From the NCBI RefSeq assembly GCF_009914755.1, contig NC_060932.1: DNA of 64,000 nucleotides. One strand, written 5' to 3'. The notes beneath the pieces are model-generated. The model saw nothing but the letters and a program-made list of their open reading frames with translations, was not told the origin of the DNA and searched no databases. This DNA comes from the human T2T-CHM13v2.0 reference genome, Homo sapiens. The position numbers were made by a program, and so were the translations under genes. This document shows positions 15,776 to 27,177 of this stretch, one piece after another (positions within the stretch are counted from its first letter, which is position 1; every line of letters starts with the position of its first letter).

Positions 15776-16638
15776 AATACTCTTTTAAAACTAGTTTGTC
15801 TGAATAGGTTCTCAAACTTCTGCTGTACCTTAATTTTACATAGGAGCAAAGCTAGAATCATAAATGGTAGGGATGAGCATTCCCACCTTCATTAACCTTA
15901 TGATGACATGGAATTTCAATGAGAATGATTTATTTAGCCAGTGTCACATGCCTCATTCCCTTTTACCTCCTCTTCCCTCTGGTCCTTTTTGGTCCTTTCT
16001 CTGTGTTATCTTGTCAAGGATGGAGGAGTTTTCAGAGCCCCCCTTTGTTTTCTGACTTCATATGCAAAGCACTCCCCAGGGAGAAAACCATAAGGCAACA
16101 CTAGTTCTCTGCAGCCTTGAATCTGTCAAGAGCAATGAAAATATCCAAGGAGATATCACTACTCAAAAGTCATCTAGGAGTGCATATTTGTCCAGCTTAT
16201 TTCTATAATAAAAATTATTTTTCTTTAAATGTTGACCCTAAATCATGAGTTAGAACGTAAAATTGCATCCAGACCACCCCAATATCAGTGCACTCCAAGG
16301 GGCTTTTCAAAGGGACTCAGGTGTGTATTCCACATTTGAGAATGACTTTAGTTCTCAATGTACACACCTTTCTAACCACACCCCCTCAGCACCCTATCAC
16401 AGTCAAGTCTTAACCCTCTTTAGTTCTAGGGTAGCACCTTCTCTGCTTAGGTCCTACTTCATGACGTTTGCATGACAGCTTGGCATAGTGGTAAAATGGA
16501 AATATGCAGAATTAGCAGGTAGAGATCTAGGCGCATGCCTCAGCTTCACCACCTGTTGGCTTAAGGAAATTGGGGATTAATTAAATTATTTGAGTTTCAG
16601 ATTAATTAAAGAAAATGTGAAAATTTTAATATAAATGG

Positions 16639-16943
<305 letters not shown>

Positions 16944-16945
16944 TT

Positions 16946-17016
16946 AAAGGGAAAGGAAAGATGGAAAGGAAAGGAAAGGAAAGGAAAGGAAAGGAAAGGA
17001 AAGGAAAGGAAAGGAA
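16946..17016. repeat. (GGAAA)n microsatellite
   Basis: Direct inspection. Confidence 0.95.
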
Positions 17017-17136
17017 CAAAATATGAACATAAATGGGAGAATGTGATAGGGCCCCTTAAATTATAAAAGTATATATGTGTTGGTTTTGTGTTTTCCTTTG
17101 TATGTTTTTATTAGCTATGAACAGAATATGTATGGC

Positions 17137-17465
17137 TTTTTTTTTTTAAGTTCTGGGATACATGTGCTGAATGTGTAGGTTTTTTACATAAGTATACATG
17201 TGCTGTGGTGGTTTGCTGCACCTATCAACCTGTCATCTAGGTTTTAAGCCCTACATGCATTAGGTGTTTGTCCTAATGCCCTTTCTCCCCTTTCCCCTCA
17301 CCCACTGACAGGCTCCAGTGTGTGATGTTCCTCTCCCTGTGTCTACATGTTCTCATTGTTCAACTCCCACTTACGAGTGAGAACATGCGGTGTTTGGTTT
17401 TCTGTTCCTGTGTTGGCTTGCTGAGGATGATGGTTTCCAGCTTCATCCATGTCCCTGCAAATGAT
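17137..17465 (-). mobile_element. 5'-truncated L1PA 3' end
   Basis: T tail then aagttctgggatacatgtg ... cagcttcatccatgtccctgcaa. Confidence 0.92.
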
Positions 17466-18819
17466 CTGATTGCTGAAACATTTTTTTAATGGCATGTTCA
17501 GCAAAGGTTTCACTAAAGAATCAAGAAAATAATTGACAAAAATTCAGGCATTCAGGAGTGTTAGGAGGCAATCTAGACAGGACTTACACATGAAACAGCT
17601 GAAAAACAGACTGTGATCCCTCCATAACACATAATTTGAGGGCAAAAATGGGTTAACATTGAGGACAAGAAGTTCAGATTTATAGAATACCTGTCGGGAG
17701 AGATATAGAGTTACTTTGTATCCTGCCACTATCACTGGGGAGATATGTTGGACACAGAGTTCTATCGTGCAAAGTTAAGTGAAAGAGGTTCTAAGGAGAT
17801 TGTTCAGAGAGCATGATATACTGTTCCCCCTGTCCTTTCAAACTGAGAGATCAAAGTATATTCATAATGGACTTAGACCTAGGAAATGCAAGGGGCAGTG
17901 AGAAGATAGAAGTGACTATGGCCATACATAGCAGGTTGGAACTGCACTCCCATGAGTTAATGGACACAGATTCATGAGTCTTGTTAATTTCATGTGTGTA
18001 GGGGGTGAGGGCACATACACATGCATGAGATATACAACCTGGGTTGAAACCTACATCAGTTGCAACAATAATTGGGGCTTGAATTGGGAGTTTTAAGCAG
18101 CCAATAGCTTTTGCATCATTGAGGATAAAAAATCCCTAGCAATGTGAGTCTCCAAGGATACCATAAAAATGGTGCATTAGAAAAAAGTGTAAACTTTGAC
18201 TGCTTCCCTAAGCCAGAGAGGATTTTATTAATCACCCCTTGTGGGCGTTAGAATTTAATTCCAGCTTCAATAGAATGAGATTTATCTCACTTTCTTACCC
18301 TTCCTCCCACCCTCAGCTTTTATTCTGTAGAAGATGCAGTTAAGAGTTTCCTCTCCTACTGCAGGCTGATTTCTTTCAGCTGACCATGGCTGGGGAAGAA
18401 AAGAATCGAGGATTGTGTATGAAGTTCAGAGTTTGAATGAGACCCAGGTCATGACATATTAGTAACAGAACTAAGACCATTCTTGTGATAAAAGGTCAGT
18501 ATTTTATTTGAAGTGGCCATATGTGTGGTGGAAACCACCTTAGTTTTTATCCAATTGGATTAGGGAAAAGAAGCAAATAGAAAAGGTTGCAGGGGCAGTT
18601 GTGAGAAAGAATACAATTGCTTTATGGTTTTATTCTAAAATTGTGCTCTTTCAATCTAACATTGACATTATTATTTTTATCTTTACTATAATAATGATCA
18701 TTATCTTCATCATTATTATTTTAGATGGTTGGGAAACTAAGCTAGCTTTCTAATGGCTCTTTTTAAAAAAAAAAACTTACAAAAAAGCTTATTATGGGAT
18801 TGGCTCATAATTAATCTTA

Positions 18820-20490
18820 TGGGAAGGCCAAACTGAGGAATTATGTCTGACAGAAGGGAAGAAATGACCGTGGTGGCCTTCTTAGACCCTGTGGGAAAGG
18901 CCTCTACCTATCCAGTGAAAGTGTCTACCTAGACCAAGAGGTATTTTAGTTTCCTGACTCAGGGCACGTTGAGTAAAGCTAATTTGCCAGTCCTGGGCAG
19001 GGGTAACTCCTTGAGCTTGATGTGTAGGGAAGGGAGGGGCCCTGGATAATCCTTAAGGAGTAGTAGAACAGCAGATAGAACACTGAGAAATTATTTCCTT
19101 GAGGATAGGTTTCCACGATGGAAAGGAAATGAGAGGTTCTAAGAGGCGGGCTAGTGGCTTGTACTATAGCATAGCCTGCCTTTGCTGGTGTGTGGCGATT
19201 AGGCCTGGTGGAACTGTCATCAATAAACCAAGTGTGATCAGGGTGAGAAACAGGGAAGAAGGAAATGTGGCGAAATGTGGTGAACGTCAGGTGGATCAGA
19301 GAGATGCAGTAATGAGGGTCAGGTGTGGTATCAGGAATAATGTGGGAGGCCGGATTGAAGTTGGCCAGGAACAGTGGTAATTGTGGGAGACTCAACAAAG
19401 AGTGAGTACAGCTGAAGGAGCCAGGGAGCAGAAAGTATATGTGTCAGGTGTGAGGAAGAAAACAGATTTTGGAAATTAGGAGAGCTGTAGAGAGTGAGTT
19501 GTGCATAGTTTGTGATTTTAAGGGCCTCTAAAAGTATTAGGGCAGCAGCAGCCACTGCACGGAGATAAGATGGCCAGCCTAAAACAGTAAGGTCAAGTTG
19601 TTTGGACAAAAAGGCTACAGAATGTGATCCCAGTCCTTGCATAAGAATTCTGAATACACAGCCCTGCACTTCAGCTGTGTGTAATGAAAAGGGTTGGATG
19701 AGTCAGGGAGAGCTAGGGTGGGGTCAGTCTCTAAAGCTGTCTTCAAGGAATGGAAAGAGGAGTGGGGAAAGGATTTAGGATCTATGGGGTCAGCTAGGCT
19801 TCCTTTTGTGAGTTATATAATGGTTTTTTTAGGATGGCAAAACCAGGTATCCAAAGGCGAAAGTATCTAACTATGCCCAGGAAGGAAAGGAGTTGTTGTT
19901 TTGTAGAAGGGATTGGGGTTTGGGAGATTAGCTGGACATGATCAGCAGGGAGAGCACGTGTGTTTTTATGAGAATTATGCCAAGATAGGTAACAGATGAG
20001 GAAGAAACGTGGGCTTGACTGAAGTAATGGGGACTGCCTGTGAAGCTTTGCGGCAGTACAGCCTAGGTAATTTGCTGAGCTTGATGGGTGTCAGGGTCAG
20101 TCCAGGTGAAAGCAAAGAGAGGCTGGGATGAAGGGTGCAAAGGAATATAAAGAAAGCATCTTTGAGATCTAGAACAGAATAATGGATTTTGGAGGGAGGT
20201 ATTGAGGATAGGAGAGTATATGGGTTTGGCACCATGGGGTGGATAGGCAAAACAATTTGGTTGATAAGGCATAGATCCTGAACTAACTTGTAAGGCTTGT
20301 CTGGTTTTAGGACAGGTAAAATGGGGGAATTGTAAGGAGAGTTTATAGGCTTTAAAAGGCCATGCTGTAGCAGGCGAGTGATAACAGGCTTTAATCCTTT
20401 GAAAGCATGCTGTGGGATGGGATATTGGCATTGAGCGGGGTAAGGGTGATTAGGTTTTAATGAGATGGTAAGCGGTGCATGATCAGTCAC
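18820..20490 (-). pseudogene. pol: HERV-H pol remnant (RT, RNase H, partial IN)
   Basis: SPYNSPILPVLKPDKPYKLVQDL...YSVLDLKDAFF (RT); VAFLSKQLD; WFIDDSS...AGYAIV (RNase H); frameshifted. Confidence 0.9.
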
Positions 20491-20511
20491 CTAGGAGGGA
20501 GTAGAGGTATC

Positions 20512-20860
20512 TTATACTTGTGGGTTAAGGTGGGGGGATAAAAGAGGAGGACGCAAAGGAGGCTTTGGATTGGGAAGAAGGGTGGCAATGAGATGTAGCT
20601 GTAATCCAGGAATAGTCAGGGAAGCAGATAATCTAGTTAAAGTGTCTTGGCCTAATAAGGGAACTGGGCAGGTGGGGATAACTAAAAAGGAGTGCTTAAA
20701 AGAGTATTGTCTAAGTTGGCACCAGAGTTGGGGAGTTTTAAGAGGTTTAGAAGCCTGGCTGTCAATACCTACAACAGTTATGGAGGCAAGGGAAACAGCC
20801 CTTGAAAACAAGGTAATGTGGAGTGGGTGGCCTCCATATTGATTAAGAAGGGGAAGGACT
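20512..20860 (-). pseudogene. pro: HERV-H protease remnant
   Basis: HSFLVIPTCPVPLLGQD (LLGRD-like); active-site region reads LINMEATHS instead of a DTGA motif. Confidence 0.8.
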
Positions 20861-20980
20861 TACCCTCCACTGTGAGAGTTACCTAAAACTCGGCATCTGT
20901 GATGGTCTACAGGGCTTCCAAGGCGATTGGGCAGCATCAGTCTTCAGCTGCTAAGCTGAGAAGATCTGGGAAGGAGTCAG

Positions 20981-21930
20981 TCAGAGAGCCTTGGGCCAGA
21001 GTTCCAGGGCTCCGGGAGTGGCTGCCAGGTGAGTTGAACAGTCCGATTTCCAGTGGGGTCTTGCACAGATGGGACATGGCTTAGGAGGAATACTGGGCTG
21101 CGGGCATTCCTTGGCCTGGTGGCCAGATTTCTGGCACTTGTAGCAAGCTCCTGGGGGAGGCGGTTCTGGAGGAATGCCTGGCCACTGCGGTTTAGGTGTT
21201 TGGAAGTTCTTGTGTGCTGGAGATGTGGCTGGGGTTTGTCTCACAGTGGAGGCAAGGAATTGCAACTCAGAAATATGTTGCTACTTGGCTGCCTCTACTC
21301 TATTATTGTACACCCTGAAGGCAAGGTTAATTAAGTCCTGTTGTGGGGTTTGAGGGCCGGAATTTAATTTTTGGAGTTTTATTTAATGTCGGGAGCAGAT
21401 TGGGTGATAAAATGTATATTGAGAATAAGATGGCCTTTTGACCTTTTAGGGTCTAGGGCTGTAAAGTGTCTCAGGGTTGCTGCCAAATGAGCCATGAACT
21501 GGGCTGGATTTTTATATTTGATGAAAAAGAGCCTAAATGCTATCTGATTTGGGACAAAGAAAAAGGAGCATTAACCTTGATTATACCTTTAGTAGCTCCA
21601 GCCACCTTTTTCAGAGGAAATTGCTGGGCAGGTGGGGGAGGGCTAGTCACAGAACGAAACTGTAAGCGAGACCAGGTGTGAGGAGGGGAGGTGATAAAAG
21701 GATTATAGGTGGAGGAGCGAAGGCTGAGGAAGAATTGGGACTTAGCTCAGCTTGGTGAGGAGGGGAGAGGTCAGCTAGGTATGCAGAAAAGGAAGATCTG
21801 GAAGACTCAGTGACACTTGGGGTTGGGACTGAGGGGACAGGCGGGAGGGAAAGAAGGAAGATTTGGGACAAGTTGCATTGGGAACAGAGACTAGGAAGGG
21901 CCCGACATCTAAAAGAATGCCTGGACATCA
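20981..21930 (-). pseudogene. gag: HERV-H gag remnant
   Basis: Two CCHC knuckles CYKCQKSGHQAKEC and CPICARPHWKSDC in ORF 20981..21265; proline-rich region upstream. Confidence 0.85.
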
Positions 21931-22267
21931 GGCACCTCAGACCATTTGCCCATTTTATGACAAAGAATTATTTAGATCTTGGAGGATGGAAAAATTGAAA
22001 GTGCCATTTTTTTGGCTATTTGGAACTACTGTCAAGTTTGTATTGGGGTCAAGTGGCATTGCAGAAGAAAATAAGACACTTAGATTTTAGGTCAGGCGAG
22101 AGTTGAAGAGGTTTTAAGTTCTTAAGAACACAGGCTAAGGGAGAAGCAGAAGGAATGGAAGGTGGAAGCTTGCCCATAGTGAAGGAGGCAAACCTAGAGA
22201 AAAGACAGTGGAGACATGGAGAAGGCGTGGGGGGTTCTTGCCTTCCAGAAAAGCAGAGAAGGGGTCA

Positions 22268-22395
22268 GGGCATGGAAATAAGGGGTTGGGGCACAGAGAT
22301 AAGATGTCAGGGTGTGGAAATAATGGATGGGGCACAGAGATAAGAGGTTGGGGCATGGAAATAAGGGATTGGGGCATAGAGATAAGAGGTCAGGG
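22268..22395. repeat. ~20-bp tandem repeat in the HERV-H leader, two alternating unit types
   Basis: ggggcatggaaataagggg / ggggcacagagataagagg alternate, about 6 units. Confidence 0.85.
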
Positions 22396-22864
22396 TTCCT
22401 GCCCCTCCCTCAGAAAAGCAGGACTCGCCACTAAGGGTAAAGGACCAAGGCAGGTGTCCCTGCATGGTCTGACACCTCTGAAACCTGGGTGAATAATAAT
22501 CAGAGAGGTGTCCCTGCAATGATTAAACACCAAGGGAAGGCTGCCTTCCCTAGTCCGTGACCAGCGCCAGAATTTTGGGTCCACAGATAAAACGTGTCTC
22601 CTTTGTCTCTACCAGAAAATGAAAGGAATTGAAATTAAGAGAAGGGAGAGATTGAAGTGTGGCGCCAAGATTGAAAGGAGAAAGAGGTTGCGGGATAGTG
22701 AGAGAGGTTGGAGAAGAGAGTAAAAAGAGGCTGCTTACCAGATTTAAAATTGGTGAGATGTTCCTTCGGCTGGTTGGTCTGAGGACCAGAGGTTGTAGGT
22801 GGATCTTTCTCACGGAGCAAAGAGCAGGAGGACAGGGGATTGATCTCCCAAGGGAGGTCCCCCA

Positions 22865-22882
22865 GTCTGAGTCACAGCACCA
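22865..22882 (-). other. Primer binding site for tRNA-His
   Basis: Minus strand tggtgctgtgactcagac versus TGGTGCCGTGACTCGGAT, just inside the LTR. Confidence 0.9.
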
Positions 22883-22884
22883 AA

Positions 22885-23292
22885 TTTCATGCGTGTCCCC
22901 GTGAAGAGACCACCAAACAGGCTTTGTGTGAGCAATAAAGCTGTTTATTTCACCTGGGTGCAGGTGGGCTGAGTCTGAAAAGAGAATCAGCGAAGGGAGA
23001 TGGGGTGGGGCCGTTTTATAGGATCTGGGTAGGTAAAGGAAAAAGGGGGGTTGCTTTCTGGCTGGCAGGAGTAGGGGGGCGGTCACAAGGTGCTCAGTAG
23101 GGGAGATTTTGAGCCAGGATGAGCCAGGAGCAGGAATTTCACAAGATAAAGCCATCAGTTAAGGCAGGAACAGGCCATTTTCATTTCTTTTGTGGTGGAA
23201 TGTCATCAGTTAAGGCAGGAACCGGCCATCTGGATGTGTACGTGCAGGTCACAGGGGATATGATGGCTTAGCTTGGGCTCAGAGGCCTGACT
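22885..23292 (-). promoter_or_regulatory. LTR7 (HERV-H 5' LTR)
   Basis: Minus strand begins gtcaggcctctgagcccaagctaagcc; duplicated gttcctgccttaactgatg; TATAAAA 23014-23020; AATAAA 22944-22949; ACAAAAGA 23186-23193. Confidence 0.95.
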
Positions 23293-23748
23293 ATAGTAAT
23301 CTATAATTTTAATTGAATATCATTAGGGAAACACAAAATGGACAAAATGAGAATTCCCTAATAATATGTTTAAAATTTTATAGGTAAAATCCATTATAAT
23401 CAACTTTAAAGCATTAAAATAAAAATTCACAAGAACTTTCACCACAAAAGCAAGGAAGGCCACAATATAGGTACATAGATACATGCATATATATAATACA
23501 AGTAATTATTAAAATAACACAAATATTCCAATTAAATAATTGGTAATGGAGCTGCAATATAAACAAAATTAAAATGCAAATGGTCAATTATTGTATGGAA
23601 TATGACTGAGGTCATATAAATAAGAGAAATACTAAATGATAGTGACATATCAGTATGCTCCTCTACATTTAGAAAATATTTAAATAAATAAAATGTGTAT
23701 TGAGAGCTAGGCAACCAGCAATCATATAAACAGGTACTGACATTTATA

Positions 23749-24715
23749 TGAAGGGATGGGTTACCCCTCTACACCTGTGGGTGTTTCTCAGTAGGTGGAA
23801 TGAGAGACTTGGAAAAGAAAGACACACAGAGACAAAGTATAGAGAAAGAAAAAGGGGCCCAGGGGGCCGGCGTTCAGCTTACGGAGGATCCACATGGGCA
23901 CCAGCCTCTGAGTTCCCTTAGTATTTATTGATCATTATCGGGCATTTCCCAGAGAGGGGGATGTGGCAGGACAATAGGATAATAGTGGAGAGGTCAGCAG
24001 GTAAACACGTGAACAAATGTCTCAGCATCATAAACAAGGTAAAGAAAAAAGTGCTGTGCTTTTGATTAGCATATATATAAACATCTCAATGCCTTAAAGA
24101 GCAGTATTGCTGACAGCATGTCCCACCTCCAGCCCTAAGGCGGTTTTCCCCTATCTCAGTAGTTGGAATATACAATCGGGCTTTACACTGAGACATTCCA
24201 TTGCCCAGGGAGGAGCAGGAGACAGAAGCCTTCCTCTTATCTCAACTGCAAAGAGGGATTCCTTCCTCTTTTACTAATCCTCCTCAGCACAGACCCTTTA
24301 CTGGTGTCGGGCTGGGGGATGGTCAGGTCTTTCCCTTCCCACGAGGCCATATTTCAGGCTATCACATGTGGAGAAACCTTGGACAATACCTGGCTTTCCT
24401 AGGCAGAGGTCCCTGTGGCCTTCTGCAGTGTTTTGTGTCTCTGGGTACTTGAGATTAGGGAGTGATGAAGACTCTTAACAAGCAGGCTGCCTTCAAGCCT
24501 TTGTTTAACAAAGCACACCCTGCACAGCCCTTAATCCATTTAACCCTGAGTTGACACAGCACATGTCTTAGGGAGCACAGGGTTGTGGGTAGGGTTACAG
24601 ATTAACAGCATCTCAAGGCAGAAGAATTTTTCTTAGTACAGAACAAAATGGAGTCTCTTATGTCTACTTCTTTCTACACAGACACAGTAACAATCTGATC
24701 TCTCTTTTTCCCACA
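23749..24715 (-). mobile_element. HERV-K(HML-2) solo LTR (LTR5A/LTR5B-like)
   Basis: 967 bp; minus strand starts tgtgggaaaaagagagatcagattgttactgtgtctgtg and ends cccttca; flanks tttata / tttatg (6-bp TSD, 1 mismatch). Confidence 0.93.
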
Positions 24716-24887
24716 TTTATGTAAGTTGGATTTGAAATATACCAACATTTGTGCATTTATACATTCATTCCATAAATATTTATTGTGTTTGTGCATGGAT
24801 GAGGTACTATTACAGGTACTGTAAGTGTAAATATAAATTTTTTAGGCAGCTGTGTTCTGTGGAAGCTTTCATTCTGATTATACAGTC

Positions 24888-25250
24888 TATAACTGTGCTG
24901 TTCAGTGAGATAGCCACTAGCCACATATGGCTATTGAGAACTTGAAATCCAGCAAGTCAACTGAGCTATGATTTAAGTGTAAAACACTTATTCAGTTTTG
25001 AGGGACAAATACCATAAAACCTAGAAAATGTAATATCTTTTTAATTATTCTTAAATAATTATACATTGAAATATTTTAATAAATTGGGTTAAATAAATTA
25101 TTACTGTTAATTTTACTTATTTCTTCACTTGATCTTAGCCAAAAGGCCAAGAAGTGATTAACTTCATTTATTTCTTTTTACTCTTTTTAGTGTGTCCACT
25201 AGAAAACTTAAACTTATATATGCGGCTTGCATTATATTTTTATTAGCATA
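24888..25250. mobile_element. MER33/MER3-like hAT transposon relic
   Basis: ctgtgctgttca...tagccactagccacatatggctattgag ... actagaaaacttaaacttatatatgcggcttgcattatattt. Confidence 0.75.
25126..25158 (-). pseudogene. U2 snRNA retropseudogene (nt 1-33, tailless)
   Basis: Minus strand atcacttcttggccttttggctaagatcaagtg versus U2 ATCGCTTCTCGGCCTTTTGGCTAAGATCAAGTG (2 CpG transitions); 18-bp flanking repeats, 15/18 identical. Confidence 0.92.
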
Positions 25251-25818
25251 AATATAGAGCAGATTGGAAGTTTCAAGATATTAATTTCTTTTACTGTATT
25301 CCAATGAAGTACTCAGAGATGCATTTAGAAATCAATTTTAAAGAAAATTCATTTTCATATTGTTTATGGGACAAATAATTATAAACAATGTAAATACTTA
25401 ACAATTAGAACTGTTTTCTTTTATATGGTTTAAATTGGGAATTTGGTAAACTATGTTATAATTAAATACATGAAAAAACATTCAAATTAATGTTAGAAAA
25501 GCAAAGTGAGATAAAATTTATATTGTTTTTCTAACATTTGTCATATGTACAAATATACATATAACATATTGAATATATATTTTGACTATACATATAGGCA
25601 TACACACATATTTATATAACATATTTGTTGAGAGTTTACTAAAAGAACAGACTTTATCACTGCAATGTAGCACCTCTACTAAGGACAATCTGTTTTGTTC
25701 ATCTCTTTCTGAAATGCCTAACATTTTTGACAGCGTAAAGAATAAATAAGTGCCTGTTGAATGGCACTCATTTGGATGAGATACCATCAAGTGGTATCTA
25801 TTTTTTAATATTTGTCAA

Positions 25819-26010
25819 TGTAAGAATTAAAGAAGGAAGGAACACGAAAGGTGGCATACCAGTTAATACGGGTTTATTTTAGAGAAACAAACCTGAGAAG
25901 AGCCTTCTGGCTGAGTTAGGTCAGAGGCACACTGTCTAACAGACAAAGAGTTTTTAAGTGTTTTGGCAAGCCACCTTTTATGTTTCTTTCCTCTTTCTTT
26001 AATTCTTACA
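25819..26010. mobile_element. Fold-back ERV1-type LTR fragment (LTR19/LTR46-like) with two inverted 3' termini
   Basis: Begins tgtaagaattaaagaa and ends ttctttaattcttaca; ~45-bp imperfect inverted arms; flanks gtcaa / gtcta. Confidence 0.8.
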
Positions 26011-26999
26011 GTCTATACTCTCTGTACTTTTAGTACATATTTTATATCCAATAAACAAGAATGAACTGAAAAAAGTAGTAAACATAAATGGTTTAGTTTC
26101 ACAATTACTTTACCAAAATACAAAGTGGAGGCTTTAGAATGTAAATAATATACTAAAGGTTTTAATCTTATCTCTGGCTGAACTGAGACTAATCTGTCTC
26201 TTGATCTAGTCATCTTTTTATTACAGTGCTATTATCATTGATGTGAACTGATTGTATGTTTAGAATAAATCAAAGGGGAAAGTGATATAGTGGAGACTGT
26301 TTAGGAAATTAGTCAAGGGGCAGAGGAAATTAGTAACTGAATTAGAAATCTTATTTATTAGTTGAGAAAAACAATGTAGAGGGGAATGAAAAAAAGACTA
26401 CTGTACATACATTAGAGTCTGAATAATAGAAGTTGTGATAGTGTCATAAATTGAACAAGAGAGGGGATTAGGCAGGCAAGGAAGATAAATCCAACTTCAG
26501 ACACAATGTATTTGAGAAACTGTAGAACACCCAGTTTGTAAGTTTCATCAGAAAGTTAAAAGCGCAAGGGGAAAATGTTAGAGCGATAAAGAAATGTGGG
26601 AGTCAGTTTATAGAGACTAATTTTAGTAGGATCCTCCTGTGAATCTTTTAAATTGGAAGATCTGAGTACTATCATCTGCTCACTTGAGCACAGGACAGTT
26701 TTGTAGTGTTGCGAATAGCACAATTCAACATCTTACAAAGGCATTTAAATTCTGGCAGAAACTTAGGGGTTGAAGAGAGTAAAGTATTTCTAGAGCAACT
26801 CATAAACACAACATCTATTTTTCTAAACATAATGCATGCCAGCTGTAATGTAACCTCATAATCTAAGGTTCTTCCTATGCCCAATTATAGCTGGGTAATT
26901 CCTCCTGAGTGAATGGCAAAGAAAGTGTTGTATCTTTTTTTAACAAATTCTAATTAATACTTCTTATATATCATGCTACTTGCATTCAAATTTTTGAGA

Positions 27000-27124
27000 C
27001 ATACACACACACACACACACACACAAACATATATATATTTACACATATAGTTGCTCCAGATTTCCTACTAAAACTAAGTCATCACTAAGCCAGCATACAT
27101 ACACACATATGCAGTATGGGTATG

Positions 27125-27156
<32 letters not shown>
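27000..27156. repeat. Two (CA)n microsatellites
   Basis: Direct inspection. Confidence 0.9.
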
Positions 27157-27177
27157 AGTGGTCTAGGTAGCTGTATT

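Larger units (their letters stand above)
18820..23292 (-). mobile_element. HERV-H provirus (5' LTR7, leader, gag-pro-pol), truncated in integrase; no env or 3' LTR
   Basis: LTR7, tRNA-His PBS, zinc knuckles, RT and RNase H remnants; similarity ends abruptly near 18820. Confidence 0.95.

Noticed and set aside
17440-17495. L1PA fragments at 5525 and 17137 ending near the same motif (catgtccctgcaaa)
   Set aside because: The second copy seems to continue in degenerate form (atgatct...ttttttaatggc); two cases do not show a hotspot.
22268-22395. Alternating 20-bp repeats as a CRISPR-like or novel array
   Set aside because: No unique spacers; this kind of repeat is a usual part of the HERV-H leader.
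22550-23155. Longest ORF (201 aa, minus strand)
   Set aside because: Runs through LTR7, PBS and leader, starts upstream of the TATA box and shows no domain.
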